IMG/VR virus record: IMGVR_UViG_3300002461_000316
Span: 1 to 38,615 of that record
Strand: one strand, 5' to 3'
DNA length: 38,615 nucleotides
Origin: a virus
Position numbers and translations under genes: made by a program
Shown: piece by piece, positions 1-9,900 of the stretch
How positions within the stretch are numbered: position 1 is the first letter of the stretch
Layout: each line of letters starts with the position of its first letter
Notes under the pieces: model-generated
The model's input: only the letters and a program-made list of their open reading frames with translations
The model's database searches: none
What the model was told of the DNA's origin: nothing

Positions 1-81
1 TCATGCTGCCGGTACACCCGAACGCCCAGGACGCGCTCAGAGCGATCCCGTTCACGGTGAGCGAGCAGAAGGTCTACGCGG
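1..81. repeat. Terminal exact direct repeat, left copy (identical to 38535..38615)
   Basis: Base-by-base comparison: tcatgctgccggtacacccgaacgcccagg...gagcagaaggtctacgcgg occurs at both window ends, 81/81 identical. The window cuts both copies, so the true repeat length is unknown. Confidence 0.97.
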
Positions 82-320
82 CGTTTCGCGCGCTCAGGGG
101 CCGCCTACGCAGGCCAGGGCTGCACATCCACGACCTTCGTCACTCCCTCGCCTCGGCCCTGGTGTCGAGCGGAGCGACGCTGCCCGAGGTCGGGGCGATG
201 CTGGGCCACAAGGCAGTCCAGTCCACAAAGCGCTACTCGCACCTGTACCCGGCCCGCGTGGCCGAGATCGTCGGCCGGATCGTTGTGCGAGAAAAATTGA
301 CCGGACCTGGCAAGAAATGA
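3..320 (+). pseudogene. int: Tyrosine recombinase (phage integrase), C-terminal ~105 aa only
   Basis: The translation contains the C-terminal catalytic motifs of tyrosine recombinases: HIHDLRHS (His-x-x-Arg), MLGHKAVQST and KRYSHL (catalytic Tyr). The N-terminal and Arg-I region is missing. When the ends are joined, the same frame is closed by TGA at 38444..38446. Confidence 0.8.
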
Positions 321-647
321 CGTCTGCAACGCTTGTTGCGCTTGATTCGCCCTATGAAGCGCTTGTATGCAGGGAGCGCGAAACGGACTTAAAATCCCTC
401 GCTCGCAAGGGCATGCCGGTTCGATTCCGGCCCCGGGCACCACGGAAAAACAACGGGTTACGCGGGGTCGGGGTGTTCCACGTGGAACGTGGTGTGCGAG
501 AAGATCTGACCGACCGATGAGCGCCGACACCCAAACGATGCTCGCGACCCTAGCGACCGCCGACCTCGCACGACTGGACCGATTCGCCGCCTGGGCGACC
601 GCGAACCAGGGCGCGCCCGGGCTTGATGTGCTGCTCTGGGCGGCCGA
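321..647. other. attP-like non-coding region between the integrase stub and the lysis cassette
   Basis: No convincing CDS. Three direct CGCTTG[TA][TA] repeats lie at 330-337, 339-346 and 360-367. The region holds the tRNA 3' fragment (385-442) and a perfect 14-bp palindrome, GTTCCACGTGGAAC, at 475-488. Confidence 0.5.
385..442 (+). tRNA. Partial tRNA-Leu(UAA): anticodon loop to CCA end only (att core candidate)
   Basis: Anticodon loop cTTAAAa, anticodon UAA (388-394). Long variable arm gctc-gcaa-gggc (401-412). T arm gccgg-ttcgatt-ccggc (415-431). Acceptor 3' strand cccgggc, then discriminator a and CCA (432-442). The upstream sequence does not supply a matching 5' acceptor strand (gccctat versus the required gcccggg), U8, or a canonical D arm. 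Confidence 0.7.
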
Positions 648-827
648 CTACCGCCGGGCAGAGTTGCGCTTGTCCCAGATCGACCACGCCACGCCGGCGA
701 GCGCCGCCAGCCCTCCCACGATCGCGTCCATCGTCGCGCCGTCAACGCCGTAGCGAACGGCCAGGCCGCCACCGATGGCGGTCAGAAGGTGTCGGGCCAG
801 AGCGGTCACGATCGCGGCGTTAAGCAT
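648..827 (-). CDS. Small membrane protein, holin/pinholin-like (59 aa)
   Basis: ATG at 827. MLNAAIVTALARHLLTAIGGGLAVRYGVDGATMDAIVGGLAALAGVAWSIWDKRNSARR has two Gly/Ala-rich hydrophobic segments and a basic C-terminal tail. It is the last gene of the lysis cluster. Confidence 0.55.
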   Translation of the reverse strand: MLNAAIVTALARHLLTAIGGGLAVRYGVDGATMDAIVGGLAALAGVAWSIWDKRNSARR

Positions 828-847
828 CGGCGGATCCTTGGGGTCGG

Positions 848-985
848 TCACTTCAGCCACCTGTCGAGGGCAGCGCTGATCAGCTTCACCGCCCACAGGC
901 CGCCGGCGACGCAGCCGGCACCGAAGGCGACGCCGCAGATCGCGGCGAAGAGGACGGCCAGGAAGCCGATCGAGAATCCGCTCAC
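848..985 (-). CDS. Very hydrophobic 45-aa membrane peptide (lysis-cassette member)
   Basis: GTG at 985 overlaps the endolysin stop (GTGA). VSGFSIGFLAVLFAAICGVAFGAGCVAGGLWAVKLISAALDRWLK. It is the 3' part of track ORF 848..1153, whose upstream part overlaps the endolysin in another frame. Confidence 0.5.
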   Translation of the reverse strand: MSGFSIGFLAVLFAAICGVAFGAGCVAGGLWAVKLISAALDRWLK

Positions 986-1461
986 AGAGAGCTCGCGTAC
1001 TGCCAGGCCTGGGCGTAGAGCCGGGGCCAAGTCTTTTTCTTCGGCAGGCCAGGGTTCCAAGCCAAGAGGTACTGCTTCCAGGCGCCCTCGACGTCGTCCG
1101 GCCCCGGGATCGCCGTCGGCACCCACCACAGATTGAGGCGGGCGAAGCAGCACGCCAGGATGTCGTTGTGCTCGACTGCCGCCCAGTAGTCGACGACCGG
1201 GTCTTTCGAGTCGTACCTCAATGCCTCGAGCACGGCCAGGATATGCGGCCGAGTCGCCCGGTGCGTCAGCACGCCCCTGATGCCGGCCTGCTCAAACTGC
1301 CAGAACCCCCTCGCGGGACCATTGTGCAGTTGCCGACGATGCTCGCAGCGGCTCTCCTGCAGGGCGATGGCGAGCAGGTTCGCCCGCGCCTCGATCGAGT
1401 TCATCCTGGGGGGCAGGAGTGTCATTGCCGCATCGTAGATCGGGCCGTACGCCAGTTTCAT
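982..1461 (-). CDS. Endolysin, lysozyme-like / lytic transglycosylase (SLT-like) fold
   Basis: ATG at 1461 (ATGA overlap with the upstream gene). MKLAYGPIYDAAMTLL...LLAIALQESRCEHRR...GPARGFWQFE carries the Glu-Ser catalytic motif typical of SLT-type muramidases. It sits between small membrane proteins. The long 329-aa track ORF is an upstream extension. Confidence 0.7.
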   Translation of the reverse strand: MKLAYGPIYDAAMTLLPPRMNSIEARANLLAIALQESRCEHRRQLHNGPARGFWQFEQAGIRGVLTHRATRPHILAVLEALRYDSKDPVVDYWAAVEHNDILACCFARLNLWWVPTAIPGPDDVEGAWKQYLLAWNPGLPKKKTWPRLYAQAWQYASSL

Positions 1462-1736
1462 CGCGGCTTCTCCATGGGTCGGTCGATCTTGTGAGCCAGC
1501 GTCCGCAGTGCCTCCTCGATCCTGACCTGCGCGCGGATCTGCTCTTCGTCCTGCCGGCGGTCGATGTCTTTCTGCAGGACGATGGCGGACTCGAGCATGG
1601 ACACCCGCTTGTCCAGGGTCGTGTACGCGTAGATGACAGCCAGCGCTGCCGACAGGAACGCGAGGATGTCCCCAAGACTCACCTCTCGCTTCAGGGTCCA
1701 CTTGCTCATTTCGCTCCGCATGCTGTTTTCCCTCAT
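1458..1736 (-). CDS. Single-TM protein with coiled-coil C-terminus (holin or i-spanin-like), 92 aa
   Basis: One TM segment (LGDILAFLSAALAVIYAY) is followed by a charged helical region (QKDIDRRQDEEQIRAQVRIEEALRTLAHK). ATGA overlaps occur on both sides. Confidence 0.5.
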   Translation of the reverse strand: MRENSMRSEMSKWTLKREVSLGDILAFLSAALAVIYAYTTLDKRVSMLESAIVLQKDIDRRQDEEQIRAQVRIEEALRTLAHKIDRPMEKPR

Positions 1737-2368
1737 GGCTGCAAAGAGGCCTGGCTGTCGAGCCAGTAGTGCTCTTCGTCGACGACGGCCTGTGGCGACC
1801 AGATCTGGATCGGCGACACGTCAATGGTGGGGGCCGTGGGGTAGATGAAGTCGTACCCGAATCCCACGTAGTGCCCTGTGTCCAACACCTTGCCGACGGG
1901 GAACTGCGGCAGTCGCACGCTCCCCTCAACGCGGGTCCAGTGCGTGCCCACAGAGACGCCAGGGCATTCAATGATTTGGTAATCGCCCGTGGAGTAATTG
2001 ATCCAAAATATGGGCACCACGTACAGATCGCCGGACGCTACCCGCAGCGCGCCTCTGTAGCTCACATCCGAGCCGACCAGCTCACGCGATTTGTACATGT
2101 GGTGCTCGAGCCAGGTCCACCGGCACTGCGGCAAGTACTGCGTCTCCCCTTGTGTGGGCATGGCGGTCCAGCGCATCCGCATGAAGTACTCGGGGTTGCC
2201 GGGCACCTCGGTCTGCCCGACAACAAATGGCACTCGAGTGACCTCGCACTCGCCGCCAACACCAGAGCCCGCCCAGAACTTGTTGGCGATCCAGGCGCCG
2301 CCATCCTTGATGCGAACGATGCCCGGAGGGGCCTGGCGATACCGGCTGTTCACAACGTAGTTGCGCAT
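1733..2368 (-). CDS. Tail-fibre-associated protein (distal fibre / receptor-binding or assembly), 211 aa
   Basis: ATG at 2368 overlaps the tail-fibre stop (ATGA). It lies directly downstream of the fibre gene, and the sequence is beta-rich and Trp/Tyr/Gly-rich. Function is inferred from position only. Confidence 0.4.
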   Translation of the reverse strand: MRNYVVNSRYRQAPPGIVRIKDGGAWIANKFWAGSGVGGECEVTRVPFVVGQTEVPGNPEYFMRMRWTAMPTQGETQYLPQCRWTWLEHHMYKSRELVGSDVSYRGALRVASGDLYVVPIFWINYSTGDYQIIECPGVSVGTHWTRVEGSVRLPQFPVGKVLDTGHYVGFGYDFIYPTAPTIDVSPIQIWSPQAVVDEEHYWLDSQASLQP

Positions 2369-3933
2369 CAGGCGAACTCCGCGTTGACGTAGATCCTGGC
2401 GTTGGCGTTGGCCGCATACAGCAGGCACCCGTCTCCGGCAGTGCGCACCGCACCGATGTCGCCACTGAGAACGGCCCTGTCGCGCTGCACCGTGGCCACG
2501 GTCGCCGACAGCGACGTCATGGCGTCGTTGGAGGTCTGCGTGGCGCAGAAGAAGTGGGCGGCCGCGCTGACGGTGATGGTTGGGCGAATGCGCTTGCGCT
2601 CATACTGGACGTTGAACGCGCCCGTGTCGGTGTCTGTCATGCGGCCTGCGCCGAACTGCGCGTTGACAACCCCGCCATCGCCAAGCGTCTCGAAGAACTG
2701 CAGGCAGCGGTCCTCGTCCACATCCCAGGGCGGCTCGACGATAGGGATGTCCGCGACGCCGCTGGCGGCAAGCCGCACGCCGGCGACCTCAAAGTGGTCG
2801 TTCGCCCCGGCGGTCCCGGTCCACAACGCCTGGAAGCCCAGCGCCACTTGGATGGCCGTGCCGTTGAGCGCCGCGCTCACGAGGCTGAACTCCTGCCAGG
2901 CCGTCGTGAGGGTGACGTTGGTGTTGAGAGCCGAGACGCTGCCCGTCCATGCCCCGCTCTCGACAGCGGTCGCGCTCTCGTCCCCCGCGGTGCCGGTGGT
3001 AAGCGACACCGTCAGAGTCGAGCCGGCCGTCGAGTAGCCAGACCCGCATCGCGCCCAGAATCGAATCGTGGTTGCCTTCCCCGATAGCAGGCGCGATACG
3101 TTCGACGGCAGCACAGTGCGGAAGCGGGTATCGCCGACTGTCGCCCCGGCGTTGCGCGTGATCCGCGCGCACGACAGGTAGGGCGCTCCTGGCCCCGACT
3201 GCTGCGCCGCGGTGACGTTGCCGGTCACGCCGCCGTTCTGGAAGCAGTACCAGCGCTGGAACACGTAGCTCACAGCACTGGCGACCGGGTTGTGCGAGGT
3301 GACCGTGGGGTCGCGCATGAAGTTGAACGCGCCGTTGATGAGCACATTCTGCGCGCCGACCTCTTGCAGCCCGAGCGTGATCCTCGCGGCGCCTGCGCTG
3401 GCGTCGTCGAGCACGGTGCGGATGAAGGCCGTGACCGTCATCAGCGCCGCCGTGCCAGAGCCGGTGAAGTACGGGGCCAGATTGGCGCCCGACGCCAGGC
3501 CGGCGAGCGCCGACAGCTCAGGATCCGCTGCGACGTTGAACGAGAAGACCATCCAGCGATTGGCTGCGAGGTCGGTGGCAAACACCCCGGCCGTGTGCCC
3601 CTCCAGGCAGACGTAAGTGTTCCCGCCCTGGGCGACCAGATCTAGGGCGGCGTAAACCGTCGCAGGGCCCCAGTTGCCTCGCGGGCGGAACGTCGAGTTC
3701 ATCAACGCGAGCACGTCTGGGTGCAGCGTGTGCATCTTGACGACCTGGTCGCGCAGCTCATCGTCATCGCGCTGGATCACCGCGAGGTTCGCCAGCAGCG
3801 CAGCAATCGTCGCTTGCAGCGCACTGAACTCAGCGTCGAGCTTCGCCGTGTTCACCGTGCTGCGACCGGACGTACTGCCGGCCTCCTCCTGCGAGAAGTC
3901 GGTCGTCGGGTTGTAGGCGGGGGGCTGACTCAT
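2368..3933 (-). CDS. Tail fibre protein, 521 aa
   Basis: The N-terminus (MSQPPAYNPTTDFSQEEAGSTSGRSTVNTAKLDAEFSALQATIAALLANLAVIQRDDDELRDQVV) is the conserved anchor/coiled-coil type I recall from proteobacterial phage tail fibres. The C-terminal part is Gly/Ala/Thr-rich. ATGA overlap with the giant gene. Confidence 0.7.
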   Translation of the reverse strand: MSQPPAYNPTTDFSQEEAGSTSGRSTVNTAKLDAEFSALQATIAALLANLAVIQRDDDELRDQVVKMHTLHPDVLALMNSTFRPRGNWGPATVYAALDLVAQGGNTYVCLEGHTAGVFATDLAANRWMVFSFNVAADPELSALAGLASGANLAPYFTGSGTAALMTVTAFIRTVLDDASAGAARITLGLQEVGAQNVLINGAFNFMRDPTVTSHNPVASAVSYVFQRWYCFQNGGVTGNVTAAQQSGPGAPYLSCARITRNAGATVGDTRFRTVLPSNVSRLLSGKATTIRFWARCGSGYSTAGSTLTVSLTTGTAGDESATAVESGAWTGSVSALNTNVTLTTAWQEFSLVSAALNGTAIQVALGFQALWTGTAGANDHFEVAGVRLAASGVADIPIVEPPWDVDEDRCLQFFETLGDGGVVNAQFGAGRMTDTDTGAFNVQYERKRIRPTITVSAAAHFFCATQTSNDAMTSLSATVATVQRDRAVLSGDIGAVRTAGDGCLLYAANANARIYVNAEFA

Positions 3934-6900
3934 CGCTGCTGCTCCTCGAGCTCGTCGTTGTACTTGCGCAGAGCGCGTGCCATGAGGGTGGCCTCGTCAC
4001 GCTGCAGTAGCCGCCGCTCCTGCGCACGCTCCTCGCGCGGCAGCTCGTCGACAGCTCGTATTTTCTTCGACAGGTTGCTCATTTCACGCCGATATTGCTG
4101 GCTTGAGATCTCGCGCGCCATCGCCAGCAGGGGCGCCTTCTCGTCGCGGATCCTCTCGGCACGCTCAATGTCACCGTCCTGCTCGTAGCCCTTGAGCAGC
4201 TTGAGCGCCCGGGTGGCGTCGTCGCGCAACCGGTAGTACTTCGACGCCAGGTCGCGGTCATCGACTTGGCCGTAGAACTTGCCGACGAACGGCACGCGGC
4301 GCGCCGGGTAGTCTTCCGGCTCGGCCTCGCCCAGCGCGCGGTTGACGGTGTGCCGGGAGAAGTCGAGCATCACCATCCCGAACTGACCGACGCCGCCGGT
4401 GGCGGTCTTCACGATGTGCTCGATCGTGGTCGGCGAGATGTCGATCGCACCGCCCTCGCGCTCGGTGCCGCCGGTCGCGGCCGACAGCCAGCGCGTGAGA
4501 TCCTTCGCCGTGTCGCTCGTCGAGCGGAAGTACAGCTGGTGGTCGGGCTTCGGGCCGCTCTGCGGGAACGGCTCGGGGCGCATCGGGCTGCCGAAGAAGG
4601 TCTTGTTCTCGGTGAACTGGACGAACGGGTCGGCGATCGTCGGTGCCGCGTACTGCATCGGCGTGGCGGTCTGGCCGAGCGGCACAAAGCTGTCGAGCGC
4701 GGTCTGAGTAAACGACCAAGCGAAGTCGATCGGCTTCTTGCGCTCCTGCACCAGGCCGCTGCCGCTGGCAGTAAGGATCGCCTCGGTCATCAGTCGGCCG
4801 GCGTTGTGGAAGACGTTGAAGCCGTACGGCAGCGGGATCTGGATGTGCTTCCCGTCGCGCATCATGAAGATCATGTTCCTCTGACGCACATGCTCGGGGA
4901 TGAGCTCGTAGCGCAGGTTCCCGTCCTCGTCCCGGTCGTCGTCGCCGAGCATGCGATTGACGAGCTCGAGGGCCGCGGCGAATGCGACCATCATGCCGGC
5001 GTACATACGGGCACGGCGAGACGTGGCGACGGCCTGCACCAGGCGCGCGGTGCCCTGCACGCTGGCGTTGAAGAACATGTACCAGGCATTGGCCGCGACG
5101 CTGCGGTTGCCCTTGCGGTTGAAGTTGACCGTCATGTTCTTGGCGATCGAGGCGGCCCGCTTGGGCGAGAGCCCCATCTTGCGCGCCTCGGCGAACGCCG
5201 ACAGGCGGATCGCGTTCTCGATGGAGTTGTTGGCGAGCTCGACGTACTCGAGCGCCTTGTGGCCCATCTCGCGCGGGTCGAGCCGGCTGCGCTTGGCGCG
5301 CTCGAGCAGCTTGCCGATCTCTGCCTGCCGGTCGAGCAGCGTGTCCCACATCTGCATCCAGCCGGTCTGGCCGCCGCTGTCTTGGAACTCGCGGTAGGTC
5401 TGCGCCCAGGTCGAGGTGCCGTCGCCCTTCTCGGCGTTCAAGACGCCGCGCATGGCCCGCGGGATGTTGGCGATGACCTGCGGCGCCCTGCCCTTGAGCT
5501 CGGTGTCCTGCAAGTTGACGGCCGCGGTCTGCACGTCGCGAGCGAAGTTGGTTACCCAGAACTGCGGGTTGTAGGTCGTGACCAGGTTGGCCATGACTCG
5601 AGTGATCCGCCCGACGACCTTGGTAACAGCGCCCAGCTGGACGACGCCGAGGTTGTTCATGGCGCTGGCAATCGCCATCGCCCGCTCGTTCGACGGGTTG
5701 AAGGTGATCACCCGCTCGACGATCTCGCCGTTGGCGCCCTTGTCCTTGACGATGAAGACGTCATCGCGCTGGCGCCACATGGGGTCGATGCCGGTCTGCA
5801 CCAGGCCCGTCGTCGGGTTGACGGTGCGCTTGGTCGGGGGCGTGTCGAGCCGCCAGAAGTCGGGGTTGGGGTTGTCCTCGACCATCTTGATGAGCGCCCG
5901 CCCGACCGTCGCCCGCTCGGCGCGAATGATCGCCCGCTCATGCTGCGAGATCACTGCCGCCAGGATGGCGATGGCCTCCTTCTGCGAGCCCAGGGCGCGC
6001 TTCGACTCCTTGCCGGACACCTTGAACCCCTGCCCAGCGGAGGGCGTGTCGATGTCGCGGAACAGCGGCACGTAGTTCTGGTAGGCGCCGCCCCATGCGT
6101 TGATCGTGGCCTGCGACTCGAGGCCTTCACTGACGAGGATCTGCCGGGTCGCGGCGGTGATCCCGTCGACCATGCCGGCGAGCCGGTTCAGATCGGTCAT
6201 GCGCCCCGCCCGGCGGAACCCGGCGATGATGTCGGCGGCATTGGCCGCACCCGGGTTGCCGTCGCGCGCAGCCGCGGCCGCGTCGTCGTACAGGCCCGAG
6301 AGATTGCCCGGCGCGCCCGGGTTGATCTTCGCCATCTGCTTGTTGCGCTCGGGGGCGTGGCGCGCCCAGAGGTACTTGCCGAGATCCTCTGCGCTCACCT
6401 TGGCGTCGCGCATCGCCTCGAGCAGAGGCTCGATGTGTGTGCGTGCCGCCTTGTTCACCCGAGCGCTCACGCGCCCGTGGTAGAGCTCCTCGGCCAGGTA
6501 GGCGTCATTGCCCTCGGTGATGAGGCCAGCGGCGCGCTTCATCTCGTCGCGCACCCGCTTGACGTCGATGAACCGGTCCTGCCACTCGCGCACCCGCTTG
6601 ACGTCGATGAACCGGTCCTGCCACTCGCGCAGCAGACGATCGACGAGCGCCGGCTCGTTCAGTCCGTAGGTTGGGGCGGCAGCGGCTCGCGGTCCAGTCG
6701 GTCGTCCACCGACAGGTCGCTGTCCGGCAGGCTGCGTACCTGCTTGAGGTGCTGCTCCCACTCCGGGTCGGGGCGGCCCTCTTGGAGCGCCCGGTCCAGT
6801 CTGGTTTGCAGCTCGATCGGCCCCTTGCGAGACTGGCTGGCGTTCTTGAGCGCGTGCGCTGGCACCTTGCTCCGAAAGCGCTTCACGTAGGCGCTGATGG

Positions 6901-9900
6901 ACTTCGTCAGCGGACTGTGGGGCACCTTCGCCCGTCGTCGGGTCGCCATAGATCTGCTCCAGGGTCGCGGCCCACTTCGGCATCGCCGTGCGGACCAGCT
7001 CAGGGTTGACATTGTAGAGGGCGCTCACTTGAGCGAACAGCTCGAGCTGCGCGACCTTCTCACCGGTGGCGCCGGCGGCGAGGGACCGCAGCGGGTAGGA
7101 CAGGATGCGGCCCAAGTCCGAGTCCACCTCGGCATTGGTCCAGGCGTACCAGGCCTCGTCGAAGAGGTCGCCCGCGTCGGTGTCGGTGAATCCCGTCGAC
7201 AGCCGCGGACTGCTCATCGATACGGCATCGCGCTCGCCCGAGGCGGCGAAGTCGATCGCGTGAGCGATCTCGTGCGCGAGGGTGTGCAGCGCCTCGTCGC
7301 GGATTGTCGGATCGGCAGAGCGCAGCATCGCCAGCCGATCCAGCGAAAGCGTGACGACGTTCTGGTCGGGGAAGTAGGAGCCGTTGGCACTTGCATCGCG
7401 GGACGCGAACGTCAGCCCGGCGATCACGTCCGGCGGCGCCAGCGTAGGCCCGAGATCGGCAATCGCCCGCTCGACCGCCAGCTTCTCGCTCGGCATCAGC
7501 CGCTTGACGTCCTCGCGGTTGCGTTGCGACTTGAACGCGAGCTCGGCCCCACCGGCGGTGCGGACGCTGGCCTTAGCCGGCGTCCGGTCGTCGAAGCTGC
7601 GGTCTAGCCGCGGCGGGGAATCTTCGGCAGCTTCGGCGGCAGCAGGCTCTGCGACGGCTTGTCGTCCGCCGCTTTCGACTGCTGCTTGGGAGCTCCCGGA
7701 ATCTTCTCGAGCCCGCGCCCCACCCTCGTCAGGAAGGACGACAGACTCTCGTCCGCCTCGTCCTGCGCGTCGGCGGGACGAAATGTCGGATCGAGCGCGC
7801 TCGACTGCTGCGTCGATTTGGGCCTGCGTGATCCCCTGGGATCGGGCGAGCGAGATAGCGGCCTCAGTGTGCGGCAAAACCTTGAAGTGGCCCTCGTTGC
7901 GCGATGCGCGATCGAAGTGTTGGGCAGCAAACTCATCGGGCGCGTTCGCCAGCGATGGGTCCATCTTCCGCATGAATGCCGCCTTAGCTTCGGTGCGGGT
8001 GCTGTAAACGCCCAACCGAAGATCCGGTTCGTAAGTGAAGGTGCCGGCAGACACCCCTGCCAAACCCCGCTTTGCCGTTCGACGCTCGGCGATCACGTAT
8101 CGCTTCGGCGTTTTGTCGTCGACCGACCGATCTTCTTGTGCTGCCTGCTCCCCGGCCTGCGCATCCCGTCGCGCCCGCTGCACGAGCGCCGTCTGCTCGG
8201 CAGTACGCTGGAATCCGGGCGTGCCCGCTGCCTCGGCGAGATCCGGGTAGCGGCGCAGGATCGAGATGTCCTCGGCAGTGCGTGCGAACGCGGGCGTCTG
8301 TGCGGCGCGTAGCACGCGCGCCATGTCCTCGGATGGCCCGAGGCTCGTCCGATCCCCAACGGGCTCGCTGGCGGCCCGCTCCGTAGGCCGAACGGTGTAC
8401 TCCGTGCCCTGCGGTTCCTGCGGTTGGGGCGGCGTGACGTCCCTCGCCGGTTCCTGCTGGCCGATGATCCGGCGCACGGCCGCGAGGATGGCCCCGCCGT
8501 CGGTGTCGCCGAGCTCGCCAGGCGGCACCTGGCTGGGCGTGCGGTCGCGTTCGTCGCGACCCTGGATCACCTCCGACGGGCGGATCTGCTGCTCGGGGCT
8601 CGAGGCGACATCCGAGGGCGCCGGCAGCAATGCCACCGGGGCGGCGGACTCGGTGCGCTCCTTGGCGTACTTGCCCCGATCGCGGCCACGCACGACCATC
8701 GGGATCCCCTGGTCGGGCAGGAACTGGCTGTCGATCGTCGGCAGCGGCGCGTCCTGCTCGGAGGGCTGGATGCTGTCGAGCGTCTCGCGCACGCTGGCGA
8801 GGATCCGCTCCTCTGGACTCAGGAGGTCGCCCGGGAGTACTGGTGGTGACCCTTCCGCCCCAGGGAGATAAGGCGGACGGGGGACAGACCCCGGGCGAAC
8901 CTGTGGAACCGGACGCATCCCTGCGGAGGTGATGCCCGGGTCGAACGTCTCAGAATCACTGAGGAGTTGGCGAGCGAGCGCGGTGATGTTGTCCGCGTCG
9001 CTCATCGTGGACGGGTCGAGCGTGCCCGGGTCGCGGCCGAAACGGTTCATCAGCCCACTGCGCGCAGCCGCGCCGGCCTGCATGCTGCCAGAGACGATCG
9101 CGCCCATGGCGGCCGCATGCGCGACCTGCTCGAGCATCTGCTTGGGCGTCATATTGGGGGCGAGCCCCGACACGAGGTTGTTCTCGATCTGGCCGAGCTG
9201 GGTGACGCTCTCCCCCAGCGACTCGGCGGCCATCGCCTTCACCCGCTGGGTGAGCGCCTCGCCGCTCATGCCGGCAGTCTTCAAGGCCTTGATCGTCTCG
9301 CCGAAACCGATCTGCTCGCCCAGGAACTCCCAGAAGGCGTCGACCGCAGCGATCTGGGCGCGCTCCCCTTGGGACAGGTTCGCCAGCGACGGGTCGTTGT
9401 AGCGTGCGCCACCAGCACCCATCGCCATCGCAAGCGTCGGGGCCTTCGTCACCGCGAACGACTGCATGAGCGTGGCGACCTGCGTCGGTGTGACGGCGTT
9501 CTTCAGCGGCCCCATGGCCATCCAGTAGAACGGAGCGTTGGCGCCGATCGTGGCGATGGCATCCTCGACGAACTTGCCCACGCCGGCGAGTTGCTGGACG
9601 TTGCCGGCGGCCGCCTCGCGCTCGATGCGCGACTGAGCGAAGTAGTCAGAAGCTGTGTCTGCCCCGACGACATCCGAGATGCCGCGCGCCACACCTTCGC
9701 TCTGCGAGTAGAGCTGATCTGCCGCGCCGACGACGCCGCGTACGATCGGAGCGAACGCCGGGTTGTCGACACCACCCACGGCCTGGCGGGCGGCGCTGGC
9801 AATCACGCCTGGCATGGTCTTGGGCTGCCTGGGGTCGCCGATCTGACCACGCGGCACCCGGGCCTCGATCAACGCACTGCGCCGGGCATACTCCTCGGGA

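Noticed and set aside
349-442. A complete tRNA-Leu gene.
   Set aside because: Only 385..442 folds canonically. The candidate 5' acceptor strand gccctat mismatches cccgggc in 3 of 7 pairs. The total length would be 94 nt. U8 and a proper D arm are missing, and the spacing to the anticodon stem is wrong. It is treated as a 3' fragment.
517-753. Plus-strand ORF MSADTQTMLATLATADLARLDRFAAW... (part of track ORF 367..753).
   Set aside because: Its last 106 nt run antisense through the holin-like gene (648..827), sharing third-codon positions. No SD is visible, and the remainder lies in the attP-like region. A real small gene cannot be excluded, but support is weak.
1292-1675. An embedded Rz1-like o-spanin in the alternative frame over the 92-aa gene and endolysin start (…WTSGCPCSSPPSSC…).
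   Set aside because: No hydrophobic signal peptide precedes the Cys. The ORF is Arg/Ser-rich shadow sequence and extends well into the endolysin gene.
982-1971. 329-aa version of the endolysin ORF. Similar long upstream extensions occur at 23861..24808, 25666..26550, 27690..28442, 28833..29579 and 37139..38116.
   Set aside because: The upstream parts overlap the preceding genes and translate to Arg/Pro/Gly-rich low-complexity sequence. Internal ATG/GTG codons with SD sequences or ATGA/GTGA coupling give the sensible proteins.
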